A DNA stretch of 64,000 bases from Escherichia coli (GCF_036507355.1 NZ_AP027877.1), one strand, 5' to 3'; counted from the stretch's first letter, positions 22,439-36,308 are shown. Numbers and translations: made by a program. The notes: generated from the letters alone by a model not told the origin.

Positions 22439-22977
22439 ACTGCCTGTTCGAGGCTGAAGCTGTCAACATTAACCTGCGGTTTCAGCCTGTCGTTCATGAT
22501 TTTAATGGCGTCGCCCAACTGCATCGCGCGACCCGCAATAACAACGCAGGGTTGTGCCAGCAGGCATAGCGCGGCATTCTCGCCAGATTCAACGACCAGT
22601 AAATTCACTTGCTCGTTAGTGTCGCTCAACCAAACGCAGGCCGCATCCCCCGGCATGGGCACCCACATTTCACCATGGGAAACAAAATGCCAGCTTTTCG
22701 GCATTTGCGGTTTGAGATAGCGAATTGCTACCAGTGCATTCAGCACCAGTTCGGCTTTTTGTTCTTTAGATAAATTAAAATCGCGGCACTTTTCTTCAAA
22801 AGAGAAATAGAGCGCGGCGTCGTCAACGCAAAAGCCTGCGGGAGAAAAGGCATCTGGAGTCAACATTTTGCGCGTAAAACGTGAGCGAAATAGCATACCA
22901 TTGGCTAAATCGAGCATCATTCGATCGTGCTCTTCATCGTAATACCAACGCCAGTTATCGTCTGGTTTAATTCGCAT
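22435..22977 (-). CDS. zapC: Z-ring associated protein ZapC
   Basis: 180 aa from [24 protein letters not shown]..., matches ZapC (YcbW). Confidence 0.92.
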
Positions 22978-23150
22978 CTGCCTCTCCCCAACCTTATAAA
23001 ACCGCAGCAACACAATCCATTGTCGCTTCGCTTAATAACCTCAACAATAAAAGTACAAAATGTCTAAATAAGCAACAGTGATGAATATAAAACAACCAGG
23101 GCTGAAAATAAAGCCCTGATTATCTTATAAAGAGGAATTCGAAGAAATAA

Positions 23151-24161
23151 TTAGATATGGGTAACGATTTCTTTAATCAGCGGCGGACCTTTAAAAATAA
23201 AACCAGAATAAATTTGCACCAGTGAGGCACCCGCAGCAATCTTTTCACGCGCAGCGATAACCGAGTCGATGCCGCCAACACCGATGATCGGTAAGCGACC
23301 GTTTAATTCCAGTGACAAGCGGCGAATAATTTCGGTGCTTTTTAACTGAAGCGGACGACCACTTAAGCCACCGGTTTGATCGCAATTTTTCATTCCCTGA
23401 ACCAGAGAACGATCGAGTGTGGTATTGGTTGCAATAACGCCATCAATATTATGGCGAACTAAACTATCGGCAACCTGGATCAATTCTTCTTCAGAAAGAT
23501 CCGGCGCGATCTTCACTGCGATCGGCACATATTTATGGTGCATCGCTTGCAAATCATTTTGTTTATTTTTAATCGCAGTTAAGAGATCATCCAGCGCTTC
23601 ACCATATTGCAGTGTGCGTAATCCTGGGGTATTTGGCGATGAAATATTGATGGCGATATATCCCGCATAGGCATAGATTTTTTCCATACAAATCAGATAG
23701 TCATCTTTGCCCTGCTCTACTGGCGTATCTTTATTTTTGCCGATGTTAATACCCAGGACGCCGTCATAATGGGCTTTTTTTACGTTCTCTACGAGGTTAT
23801 CAACGCCAAGATTATTAAAGCCCATACGGTTGATCAAACCTTCGGCATCTACCAGACGAAAGAGACGCGGCTTGTCATTACCTGGCTGTGGACGTGGCGT
23901 GACGGTACCGATCTCTATCGATCCAAATCCCATCGCGCCTAACGCATCAATGCACTCCCCGTCTTTGTCAAGACCGGCTGCCAGACCAAGCGGATTTTTA
24001 AACGTCAGGCCCATGCAGTTAACAGGTTTTGCAGGCACTTTCTGCCGCACCAGTGCTTCAAACGGTGTTCCGGTAATGCGGCGTAATTGCTGAAAAGTAA
24101 ATTCATGAGCGCGCTCTGGATCGAGCTGGAAAAGGGCTTTACGAACGAAGGGGTAGTACAT
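23151..24161 (-). CDS. pyrD: Dihydroorotate dehydrogenase (quinone)
   Basis: 336 aa from [22 protein letters not shown]..., matches PyrD. Confidence 0.95.
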
Positions 24162-24271
24162 GAACTCTCCTGGATTCCCGGTGTGCAAACCGGGGGCGTA
24201 TTATGTGCGAGTTCGGACCAAAAGGGAATTGACCTGCGGCAAAAAAAACGCAAACGTTTTCCGAACCTGTT

Positions 24272-24982
24272 TCAGGGCAGATTTTGCTCCTTCTTTGCAC
24301 TCAACCCGCCGTAATCATTTATCGCCCGCCAGGCAACATGACACGGTGCTATTGCCTGACACCAGCTTGTCTGACGCTGGCTTTTAGGCGGCACAACTCC
24401 CGCATTACTAAACGCTTTACCATTTACGCTCACCTGAATCAGGTTAATGTAGTAAGGCGTTGGGTTAGTGAGTTGTACACCCTGCGAATTCCGTGTCCAG
24501 CGTAATTGTTGATAAGCTTCCAGCGGGTCGCCCGGCAAACCTTCGGGTCGCCAGAACAGTTTAAATACCGAGCGCATCGCCACTTTTACGCTCTGATTTT
24601 CAACTTTGCCGGATGGCACGCTGGCAATGCTTAACTCAAATAGCGTTTCGCGATCCACAGGCAAGATGTCGCTTTCCGTTCTCAGCAAGCGCAACGTGCC
24701 TGTCGTACCGGGCTTCAGGAGAATAAGTGGCGGAGCGGCCAGTAATGGTGCTGGCACTGTCGACGCTTCACCCCCGGCCCAACGCGTTGGGCGGTTGATT
24801 TTACTGTTAATAAGCCAGGATTCCTGACTGGTATTAGTCAGTAAAATAGATATCGATTCTCTGTCTGCCGGAAAGATAAATCGCGTTCCGCCGACCACCA
24901 CTCCTGCCTGCAATTCACCCGCCACCAGCAGCGATAAAACGGCGAAAATCAAGAGCGCCAATCTGTTCCACGTATTAGTCAT
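24272..24982 (-). CDS. ycbF: Fimbrial (PapD-like) periplasmic chaperone YcbF
   Basis: 236 aa from MTNTWNRLALLIFAVLSLLVAGELQA (signal peptide), chaperone motifs; matches YcbF. Confidence 0.88.
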   Translation of the reverse strand: MTNTWNRLALLIFAVLSLLVAGELQAGVVVGGTRFIFPADRESISILLTNTSQESWLINSKINRPTRWAGGEASTVPAPLLAAPPLILLKPGTTGTLRLLRTESDILPVDRETLFELSIASVPSGKVENQSVKVAMRSVFKLFWRPEGLPGDPLEAYQQLRWTRNSQGVQLTNPTPYYINLIQVSVNGKAFSNAGVVPPKSQRQTSWCQAIAPCHVAWRAINDYGGLSAKKEQNLP

Positions 24983-25489
24983 AATGAAGTACAAATGTCG
25001 CGCTGGCATTCACTTTACCCGACTGCACATCGCTATTGACAGGTCGCAATTGCGCATAAAAGTTAATGGCACCTTACCGCTATGTAGGCTGTAGTCTTTA
25101 CTCGCCTGGTTAAGCGGAATCAATATCTTCGCATCATCCAGAATCGCAATTGCCAGCCCGCTGGCTGCATCCGTACCACTTTCAATGGACAACATTTCGC
25201 TCTGCACTCCGTCGGGGGTTCCTGAAAAGGTGACGTCAACCGTGCTGACATCTGTTCCGCAATCCTGCAAATTAATGATGAAAGATTTCTCCGGGCCATA
25301 ATTCCCATGAGAAAAACGTGTCAGTGAGACATCGCCTAACTGCACATTGATTTGCTTGCTATCCTGTGCCAGCACGCATGTATTACGGCGAAACGCTCCG
25401 CTAATGTTGACCGTGCCATCATGGGCAAATAGCTCACAACCCCCCGTTAATCCCAGTAAGAACAGAATCCAGATTATCCGTTTCAACAT
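24975..25489 (-). pseudogene. ycbV: Fimbrial-like subunit YcbV, apparently disrupted by a 1 bp frameshift near the 3' end
   Basis: N-terminal frame (MLKRIIWILFLLGLTGG...) ends early in ...LTFMRNCDLSIAMCSRVK; a second frame continues FYAQLRPVNSDVQSGKVNASATFVLHYD-stop (typical pilin C-terminus); span is 515 nt, one short of 516 nt for the expected 171 aa. Confidence 0.6.
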
Positions 25490-25496
25490 CACTCCT

Positions 25497-26039
25497 TCAC
25501 TGGTAAACCAGATCAAAATAGAGAACCGCCGTCGCATTACCGCCCGTTGCTCCCGCCTTTGTGGACTTATAACGAAGTTGATATTTGAGTGTGTTATCCC
25601 CGGCTTTTAAGGGCGTAAGAGGCTGGACCTGATTGAGCGGGATTTCTTGCTGACTTTGCGCATCAAGAATTTGCACGGCAATCCCCGTTGCCATACCACC
25701 GCTTCCGCCTGTGTCAGTTAGTTTGAGCAGTGTCGGCGCAAGGGTGTCAGCCTCGCCGCTAAAAAGGACGTCCGCGCCAGTAATACCAGCGGCACAACCG
25801 GTGATATCGATATTCAAATCAGCAGCAGTGCTTACGGTATTCGCGGCCTGAAAATCACTGATATTAAAATCGCCAATATGAATATTTTGTAATGCACTTT
25901 TGGTGGTGACATCACAGCCCTGATCGACCACATTCCCATAAATATGCATACTAACTTGTTCAGGCCCAGCCATCCCAACATGGATGTTAAGAATGCTAAA
26001 GAACAAGATAACGCACTGAAATATCGTTTTTTTCTTCAT
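25497..26039 (-). CDS. ycbU: Fimbrial-like subunit YcbU
   Basis: 180 aa MKKKTIFQCVILFFSILNIHVGMA..., ends ...AVLYFDLVYQ (pilin C-terminal motif); matches YcbU. Confidence 0.9.
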   Translation of the reverse strand: MKKKTIFQCVILFFSILNIHVGMAGPEQVSMHIYGNVVDQGCDVTTKSALQNIHIGDFNISDFQAANTVSTAADLNIDITGCAAGITGADVLFSGEADTLAPTLLKLTDTGGSGGMATGIAVQILDAQSQQEIPLNQVQPLTPLKAGDNTLKYQLRYKSTKAGATGGNATAVLYFDLVYQ

Positions 26040-26050
26040 AGGTTCACGCG

Positions 26051-29269
<3,219 letters not shown>

Positions 29270-29284
29270 GGTAATGACTCCAAC

Positions 29285-29788
29285 TTACTGATAGTGTTTT
29301 ATGTTCAGATAATGCCCGATGACCTTGTCATGCAGCTCCACCGATTTTGAGAACGACAGTGACTTCCGTCCCAGCCTTGCCAGATGTTGTCTCAGATTCA
29401 GATTATGTCGCTCAATGCGCTGAGTGTAACGCTTGCTGATAACGTGCAGCTTTCCCTTCAGGCGTGATTCATACAGCGGCCAGCCATCCGTCATCCATAC
29501 CACGACCTCAAAGGCCGACAGCAGGCTCAGAAGACGCTCCAGTGTGGCCAGAGTGCGTTCACCGAAGACGTGCGCCACAACCGTCCTCCGTATCCTGTCA
29601 TACGCGTAAAACAGCCAGCGCTGACGTGATTTAGCACCGACGTAGCCCCACTGTTCGTCCATTTCAGCGCAGACAATCACATCACTGCCCGGTTGTATGC
29701 GCGAGGTTACCGACTGCGGCCTGAGTTTTTTAAGTGACGTAAAACCGTGTTGAGGCCAACGCCCATAATGCGTGCACTGGCGCGACAT
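29285..29788 (-). CDS. insB: IS1 InsB (transposase C-terminal part, expressed as InsAB' by -1 frameshift)
   Basis: 167 aa ...[54 protein letters not shown]...; A6C slippery motif (revcomp of gtttttt at 29725-29731). Confidence 0.9.
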   Translation of the reverse strand: MSRQCTHYGRWPQHGFTSLKKLRPQSVTSRIQPGSDVIVCAEMDEQWGYVGAKSRQRWLFYAYDRIRRTVVAHVFGERTLATLERLLSLLSAFEVVVWMTDGWPLYESRLKGKLHVISKRYTQRIERHNLNLRQHLARLGRKSLSFSKSVELHDKVIGHYLNIKHYQ

Positions 29789-29982
29789 CCGACGCCATTC
29801 ATGGCCATATCAATGATTTTCTGGTGCGTACCGGGCTGAGAGGTGGTGTAAGTGAACTGTAGTTGCCATGTTTTACGGCAATGAGAGCAGAGATAGCGCT
29901 GATGTCCGGCAGTGCTTTTGCCGTTACGCACCACGCCTTCAGTAGCGGAGCAGGAAGGACATCTGATGGAAATGGAAGCCAC
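29707..29982 (-). CDS. insA: IS1 InsA (transposition repressor)
   Basis: 91 aa [43 protein letters not shown]... matches InsA. Confidence 0.92.
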   Translation of the reverse strand: MASISIRCPSCSATEGVVRNGKSTAGHQRYLCSHCRKTWQLQFTYTTSQPGTHQKIIDMAMNGVGCRASARIMGVGLNTVLRHLKNSGRSR

Positions 29983-30037
29983 GCAAGCACCTTAAAATCA
30001 CCATCATACACTAAATCAGTAAGTTGGCAGCATTACC

Positions 30038-30296
30038 CAAAATTGACGTTGCGCGTATCTACAATTGTCTGATTCAGAACAATATCGACACGATAAACCC
30101 CTGGCGTTATTTTTTGTCCTTTTTCGAAACGAGACAAATCGGCCACCATTGAGGGATCATCTTTGAAAAAGGCTGGATCGAACCAGGTTTCAGCTTGTGC
30201 ATTGAACGCTGCCGACACAAACACCACCAGCCCACCAATAAACGATGGCACTCCACCAGAGCTTAACAGGCTGTGTTGTCGGTGAGTTCTATACAT
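30038..30296 (-). pseudogene. elfC: 5' fragment of usher gene elfC (signal peptide plus first ~86 codons), cut off by IS1
   Basis: MYRTHRQHSLLSSGGVPSFIGGLVVFVSAAFNAQAETWFDPAFFKDDPSMVADLSRFEKGQKITPGVYRVDIVLNQTIVDTRNVNF - typical usher N-terminus; continues in frame with 27112-29269 once IS1 and one repeat copy are removed. Confidence 0.88.
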
Positions 30297-30320
30297 CTCG
30301 CTCTCTTAACTGAAGACGAA

Positions 30321-31022
30321 TTACGATTTACAGTTGAGTTGCGGCGTTTCCGCCCCGTAGTCATTGATGGTTCGATACGTTACGCTGCTATTTTTGGCAC
30401 CCTTTGGCAGAGAGAATTGGTATTTATCAAAGGGGGAAATCATTTGATTTTTAACTACCTTTCCACCTATTTTCAGGTCTGTCAGGGTAATGAAATAAGG
30501 TGTTGGGTTACTGACCGTAACCATGTCAGCTGACGAAGTGCAACGCAGTTTCGCCGGAGCCTCGCCTAAGGGATACGCTAAACCTTTTGGTCGCCAGAAA
30601 AGTTTGATGACGCTTTGTGTGGCAATCTTCAGGGTATTTCCCTCTTCCCGCTTCGTTGTTGAAGGGACTGCCCGTACGCTAGTGAAGAAAAGGGTTTCTC
30701 TGTCTTTCGCCAACGGCGCACCAATGTACATAATGCGTAACAGATTCTCATTAGCCGGATTCAGCACAAATAGCGGTGGTGTAATAATAAAGTCTGCTGA
30801 TTTTTTATTATCTGGGGTCATCACCCATGACTGAATAAGATAAGGAACATCCGGACTGGTGTTACGTACACCCAGTGAAATTTGCTCTTCACCTTCTGAA
30901 TAAACAAGACGTGTTGCTGCAAGTCCAATCCCGCCTTTACCTGCCGCCCATGCGGATGAGCAGCTGAGTAATATTGCCGTTAAACTTACGGTCACAATTC
31001 CCTTTGTTATGCAAGTTTTCAT
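30321..31022 (-). CDS. elfD: Fimbrial periplasmic chaperone ElfD (YcbR)
   Basis: 233 aa MKTCITKGIVTVSLTAILLSCSSAWA..., PapD-like chaperone motifs; matches ElfD/YcbR. Confidence 0.9.
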   Translation of the reverse strand: MKTCITKGIVTVSLTAILLSCSSAWAAGKGGIGLAATRLVYSEGEEQISLGVRNTSPDVPYLIQSWVMTPDNKKSADFIITPPLFVLNPANENLLRIMYIGAPLAKDRETLFFTSVRAVPSTTKREEGNTLKIATQSVIKLFWRPKGLAYPLGEAPAKLRCTSSADMVTVSNPTPYFITLTDLKIGGKVVKNQMISPFDKYQFSLPKGAKNSSVTYRTINDYGAETPQLNCKS

Positions 31023-31125
31023 AAATAGTCACTCTTAAAAAATATGAATATCCCCTCCAGAACACTGGAGGAGTACAAATTAATAAAACAATTAATGAGT
31101 TCTATTAATAGGTAATGACTCCAAC

Positions 31126-31629
31126 TTATTGATAGTGTTTTATGTTCAGATAATGCCCGATGACTTTGTCATGCAGCTCCACCGATTTTGAGAACGACAG
31201 CGACTTCCGTCCCAGCCGTGCCAGGTGCTGCCTCAGATTCAGGTTATGCCGCTCAATTCGCTGCGTATATCGCTTGCTGATTACGTGCAGCTTTCCCTTC
31301 AGGCGGGATTCATACAGCGGCCAGCCATCCGTCATCCATATCACCACGTCAAAGGGTGACAGCAGGCTCATAAGACGCCCCAGCGTCGCCATCGTGCGTT
31401 CACCGAATACGTGCGCAACAACCGTCTTCCGGAGCCTGTCATACGCGTAAAACAGCCAGCGCTGGCGCGATTTAGCCCCGACATAGCCCCACTGTTCGTC
31501 CATTTCCGCGCAGACGATGACGTCACTGCCCGGCTGTATGCGCGAGGTTACCGACTGCGGCCTGAGTTTTTTAAGTGACGTAAAATCGTGTTGAGGCCAA
31601 CGCCCATAATGCGGGCTGTTGCCCGGCAT
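31126..31629 (-). CDS. insB: IS1 InsB
   Basis: 167 aa, about 90% identical to the other copy; A6C motif (revcomp of gtttttt at 31576-31582). Confidence 0.9.
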
Positions 31630-31823
31630 CCAACGCCATTCATGGCCATATCAATGATTTTCTGGTGCGTACCGGGTTGAGAAGCGGTGTAAGTGAACTG
31701 CAGTTGCCATGTTTTACGGCAGTGAGAGCAGAGATAGCGCTGATGTCCGGCGGTGCTTTTGCCGTTACGCACCACCCCGTCAGTAGCTGAACAGGAGGGA
31801 CAGCTGATAGAAACAGAAGCCAC
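31548..31823 (-). CDS. insA: IS1 InsA
   Basis: 91 aa [43 protein letters not shown]... Confidence 0.92.
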
Positions 31824-32072
31824 TGGAGCACCTCAAAAACACCATCATACACTAAATCAGTAAGTTGGCAGCATCACCGAGTAATTCATTGATTCAACAT
31901 CTAATGACTATCCAATAAATAAATATGCGTGATATATAAAGCCCTTTCTTTAGTTTATTTTCAGAAAAAGATACACAAAATTTATATTTGGCATTTTCTT
32001 GTCTCTCCGACAGACTGAGCGAATTGTTATCAATGTTAACAAAACAAGAACAATTGGTTATAAGGAGAGAGT

Positions 32073-32647
32073 ATGCGTGTCATCACCCTGGCGGGTAGTC
32101 CTCGCTTTCCTTCTCGCTCCAGCTCCTTGCTGGAATATGCGCGGGAAAAACTAAATGGCCTGGATGTAGAGGTTTATCACTGGAATCTGCAAAACTTCGC
32201 CGCGGAAGATCTGCTTTATGCTCGTTTCGATAGTCCGGCACTCAATACCTTCACCGAACAGTTGCAACAGGCTGACGGGCTGATTGTCGCCACGCCTGTG
32301 TATAAAGCCGCTTATTCCGGTGCGCTGAAAACCCTGCTCGACCTGCTGCCAGAACGTGCGTTGCAAGGCAAAGTGGTGCTACCGCTGGCGACGGGCGGTA
32401 CGGTGGCCCATCTGCTGGCGGTCGATTATGCCCTTAAGCCAGTTTTAAGTGCGCTGAAAGCCCAGGAGATCCTGCACGGCGTGTTTGCGATGACTCACAA
32501 GTAATTGATTACCATCACAAACCCCAGTTCACGCCGAATTTACAAACCCGTCTTGATACCGCGCTAGAAACTTTCTGGCAGGCATTGCACCGCCGCGATG
32601 TTCAGGTTCCTGATCTTCATTCTCTGCGAGGTAATGCCCATGCGTAA
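32073..32647 (+). pseudogene. ssuE: NADPH-dependent FMN reductase SsuE, apparently frameshifted (truncated at codon 143)
   Basis: Frame from ATG 32073 stops at 32502-32504 (...HGVFAMTHK*); SsuE C-terminus [52 protein letters not shown] continues in the +2 frame to 32645-32647; consistent with a 1 bp deletion near 32485-32495. Confidence 0.7.
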
Positions 32648-33599
32648 CATCATTAAACTGGCGCTGGTGGGATTGCTTAGCGTCTCTACGATTGTGGTTG
32701 CTGCAGAATCCTCGCCTGAAGCGTTACGTATAGGCTATCAGAAAGGCAGTATTGGTATGGTATTGGCAAAAAGCCACCAGTTACTGGAAAAACGCTATCC
32801 GCAATCAAAAATCTCCTGGGTGGAGTTCCCCGCTGGCCCGCAAATGCTTGAGGCGTTAAACGTTGGCAGTATTGATCTCGGCAGTACCGGGGATATTCCG
32901 CCAATCTTCGCCCAGGCTGCCGGGGCTGATTTGCTGTACGTGGGCGTCGAGCCGCCGAAGCCAAAAGCCGAGGTGATTCTGGTGGCAGAAAACAGCCCGA
33001 TCAAAACCGTAGCCGATCTTAAAGGCCACAAAGTTGCGTTCCAGAAAGGTTCCAGTTCACACAATCTTTTACTGCGCGCACTACGCCAGGCCGGACTTAA
33101 GTTTCCTGACATCCAGCCCACTTATCTGACGCCAGCTGATGCCCGCGCCGCGTTCCAGCAAGGTAACGTTGACGCCTGGGCTATCTGGGATCCCTACTAC
33201 TCCGCTGCATTATTACAGGGCGGCGTGCGGGTGTTGAAAGACGGCACCGATCTCAATCAAACCGGATCGTTTTATCTGGCAGCTCGCCCCTATGCAGAAA
33301 AAAACGGCGCTTTTATTCAGGGTGTACTGGCAACCTTTAGTGAGGCCGATGCGTTAACCCGCAGCCAGCGCGAGCAAAGCATCGCTTTACTGGCAAAAAC
33401 GATGGGCTTACCGGCACCGGTGATTGCCTCTTACTTAGATCATCGCCCTCCTACCACCATCAAACCGGTTAATGCCGAGGTTGCCGCCTTACAGCAGCAA
33501 ACGGCAGATCTGTTTTATGAAAACCGTCTGGTGCCGAAAAAAGTCGATATTCGCCAACGCATCTGGCAGCCCACTCAACTGGAAGGAAAACAATTATGA
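32640..33599 (+). CDS. ssuA: Aliphatic sulfonate ABC transporter periplasmic binding protein
   Basis: 319 aa from [37 protein letters not shown]...; matches SsuA. Confidence 0.93.
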   Translation: MRNIIKLALVGLLSVSTIVVAAESSPEALRIGYQKGSIGMVLAKSHQLLEKRYPQSKISWVEFPAGPQMLEALNVGSIDLGSTGDIPPIFAQAAGADLLYVGVEPPKPKAEVILVAENSPIKTVADLKGHKVAFQKGSSSHNLLLRALRQAGLKFPDIQPTYLTPADARAAFQQGNVDAWAIWDPYYSAALLQGGVRVLKDGTDLNQTGSFYLAARPYAEKNGAFIQGVLATFSEADALTRSQREQSIALLAKTMGLPAPVIASYLDHRPPTTIKPVNAEVAALQQQTADLFYENRLVPKKVDIRQRIWQPTQLEGKQL

Positions 33600-34741
33600 G
33601 TCTGAATATGTTCTGGTTTTTACCGACCCATGGTGACGGGCATTATCTGGGAACGGAAGAAGGTTCACGCCCGGTTGATCACGGTTATCTGCAACAAATT
33701 GCGCAAGCGGCGGATCGTCTTGGCTATACCGGTGTGCTGATCCCAACGGGGCGCTCCTGCGAAGATGCGTGGCTGGTTGCCGCATCGATGATCCCGGTGA
33801 CGCAGAGGCTGAAGTTTCTTGTCGCCCTGCGTCCCAGCGTAACCTCACCTACCGTTGCCGCCCGCCAGGCCGCCACGCTTGACCGTCTCTCAAATGGACG
33901 TGCGTTGTTTAACCTGGTCACAGGCAGCGATCCACAAGAACTGGCAGGCGACGGCGTGTTCCTTGATCATAGTGAGCGCTACGAAGCCTCGGCGGAATTT
34001 ACCCAGGTCTGGCGGCGCTTATTGCTGGGGGAAACCGTCGATTTCAACGGTAAACATATTCATGTGCGGGGAGCCAAACTGCTCTTCCCGCCGATTCAAC
34101 AGCCGTATCCTCCGCTTTACTTTGGCGGATCGTCAGACGTCGCCCAGGAGCTGGCGGCAGAACAAGTTGATCTCTACCTCACCTGGGGCGAACCGCCGGA
34201 ACTGGTTAAAGAGAAAATCGAACAAGTGCGGGCGAAAGCTGCCGCGCATGGACGCAAAATTCGTTTCGGCATTCGTCTGCATGTGATTGTTCGTGAAACT
34301 AACGACGAAGCGTGGCAGGCCGCCGAGCGGTTAATCTCGCATCTTGATGATGAGACTATCGCCAAAGCACAAGCCGCATTCGCCCGCACGGATTCCGTGG
34401 GGCAACAGCGAATGGCAGCGCTACATAACGGCAAGCGCGACAATCTGGAGATCAGCCCCAATTTATGGGCGGGCGTTGGCTTAGTGCGCGGCGGTGCCGG
34501 GACGGCACTGGTGGGCGATGGCCCAACCGTCGCCGCGCGAATCAACGAATACGCTGCACTTGGCATCGACAGTTTTGTGCTTTCGGGCTACCCGCATCTG
34601 GAAGAAGCGTATCGGGTTGGCGAGTTGCTGTTCCCACATCTGGATGTCGCCATTCCGGAAATTCCCCAGCCGCAGCCGCTGAATCCGCAAGGCGAAGCGG
34701 TGGCGAATGATTTTATCCCCCATAAAGTCGCGCAAAGCTAA
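33596..34741 (+). CDS. ssuD: FMNH2-dependent alkanesulfonate monooxygenase
   Basis: 381 aa [52 protein letters not shown]..., matches SsuD. Confidence 0.95.
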   Translation: MSLNMFWFLPTHGDGHYLGTEEGSRPVDHGYLQQIAQAADRLGYTGVLIPTGRSCEDAWLVAASMIPVTQRLKFLVALRPSVTSPTVAARQAATLDRLSNGRALFNLVTGSDPQELAGDGVFLDHSERYEASAEFTQVWRRLLLGETVDFNGKHIHVRGAKLLFPPIQQPYPPLYFGGSSDVAQELAAEQVDLYLTWGEPPELVKEKIEQVRAKAAAHGRKIRFGIRLHVIVRETNDEAWQAAERLISHLDDETIAKAQAAFARTDSVGQQRMAALHNGKRDNLEISPNLWAGVGLVRGGAGTALVGDGPTVAARINEYAALGIDSFVLSGYPHLEEAYRVGELLFPHLDVAIPEIPQPQPLNPQGEAVANDFIPHKVAQS

Positions 34742-34749
34742 GGAACACG

Positions 34750-35544
34750 ATGATGGCAACGCCAGTGAAGAAGTGGTTATTGCGCGTTGCCCCCTGGTTT
34801 TTACCGGTGGGCATCGTGGCGGTGTGGCAACTGGCCTCCTCAGTTGGCTGGCTGTCGACGCGTATTTTGCCTTCACCGGAAGGAGTGGTGACGGCGTTCT
34901 GGACGCTCTCCGCCAGCGGCGAACTGTGGCAGCATCTGGCGATCAGCTCCTGGCGGGCGCTGATTGGCTTTTCAATTGGCGGATCGCTGGGGTTGATTTT
35001 GGGACTGATTAGCGGGCTGTCACGCTGGGGTGAGCGACTGCTGGATACCTCAATTCAGATGTTGCGCAACGTGCCGCATCTGGCGCTGATCCCGCTGGTG
35101 ATTTTGTGGTTTGGCATTGATGAATCCGCAAAAATCTTTCTGGTGGCGCTCGGTACGCTATTCCCCATTTATATCAACACCTGGCATGGCATCCGTAATA
35201 TCGATCGCGGGTTGGTGGAAATGGCGCGTAGCTATGGATTATCCGGCATACCGCTGTTTATCCATGTGATCCTGCCTGGTGCCCTGCCCTCAATTATGGT
35301 CGGCGTGCGTTTTGCGTTGGGCCTGATGTGGCTGACGCTGATTGTTGCCGAAACCATTTCTGCCAATTCAGGCATTGGTTATCTGGCGATGAATGCGCGG
35401 GAGTTTTTGCAAACGGACGTGGTGGTAGTCGCTATTATTCTTTACGCCCTGCTCGGCAAACTTGCTGACGTCAGCGCGCAGCTGTTAGAGCGGCTCTGGT
35501 TGCGCTGGAACCCGGCTTATCATTTGAAGGAGGCCACGGTATGA
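34750..35544 (+). CDS. ssuC: Aliphatic sulfonate ABC transporter permease
   Basis: about 263 aa membrane protein [28 protein letters not shown]...; matches SsuC (start may be second ATG at 34753). Confidence 0.92.
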
Positions 35545-36308
35545 ATACTGCTCGTCTGAACCAGGGCACACCATTGTTGCTCAATGCAGTAAGCAAACAT
35601 TACGCGGAAAATATCGTCCTGAACCAACTGGATTTACATATTCCGGCAGGTCAGTTTGTGGCGGTGGTGGGCCGCAGCGGTGGTGGCAAAAGTACCCTGC
35701 TGCGCCTGCTGGCAGGTCTGGAAACGCCAACCGCTGGCGATGTGTTAGCGGGCACCACACCGCTGGCTGAAATTCAGGAAGACACGCGAATGATGTTTCA
35801 GGATGCGCGTCTGCTACCGTGGAAATCGGTGATTGATAACGTTGGGTTAGGCCTTAAAGGCCAGTGGCGCGATGCCGCGCGTCGGGCGTTGGCTGCGGTA
35901 GGACTGGAGAATCGCGCCGGGGAATGGCCTGCCGCACTTTCAGGCGGGCAGAAACAGCGAGTGGCGCTGGCAAGAGCGTTGATTCATCGACCGGGGTTAT
36001 TGTTGCTTGATGAACCGCTCGGTGCGCTGGATGCCTTAACGCGACTGGAGATGCAGGATTTGATTGTGTCGCTTTGGCAGGAGCATGGTTTTACCGTCTT
36101 GCTGGTGACGCATGATGTGAGCGAAGCGGTAGCGATGGCTGACCGGGTGTTGCTGATTGAAGAGGGAAAAATTGGTCTGGATTTGACGGTGGATATCCCC
36201 CGTCCGCGCCGGTTAGGGTCGGTACGATTAGCGGAGCTGGAAGCGGAAGTATTGCAGCGGGTAATGCAACGTGGTGAATCTGAAACTCGCCTGAGAAAAC
36301 AGGGGTAA
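35541..36308 (+). CDS. ssuB: Aliphatic sulfonate ABC transporter ATP-binding protein
   Basis: 255 aa with Walker [10 protein letters not shown] and ABC signature LSGGQKQR; matches SsuB. Confidence 0.93.

Larger units (their letters stand above)
29270..30037 (-). mobile_element. IS1 element (divergent isoform) inserted in elfC, flanked by 8 bp direct repeats caaaattg
   Basis: 768 bp; ends ggtaatgactccaacttactgat... and ...atcagtaagttggcagcattacc match IS1 terminal inverted repeats; insA/insB inside; caaaattg at 29262-29269 and 30038-30045. Confidence 0.93.
31111..31878 (-). mobile_element. IS1 element (near-canonical isoform) in place of elfA, no target-site duplication
   Basis: 768 bp from ggtaatgactccaacttattgat... 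to ...atcagtaagttggcagcatcacc; flanks ctattaata / gagtaattc do not match. Confidence 0.93.
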
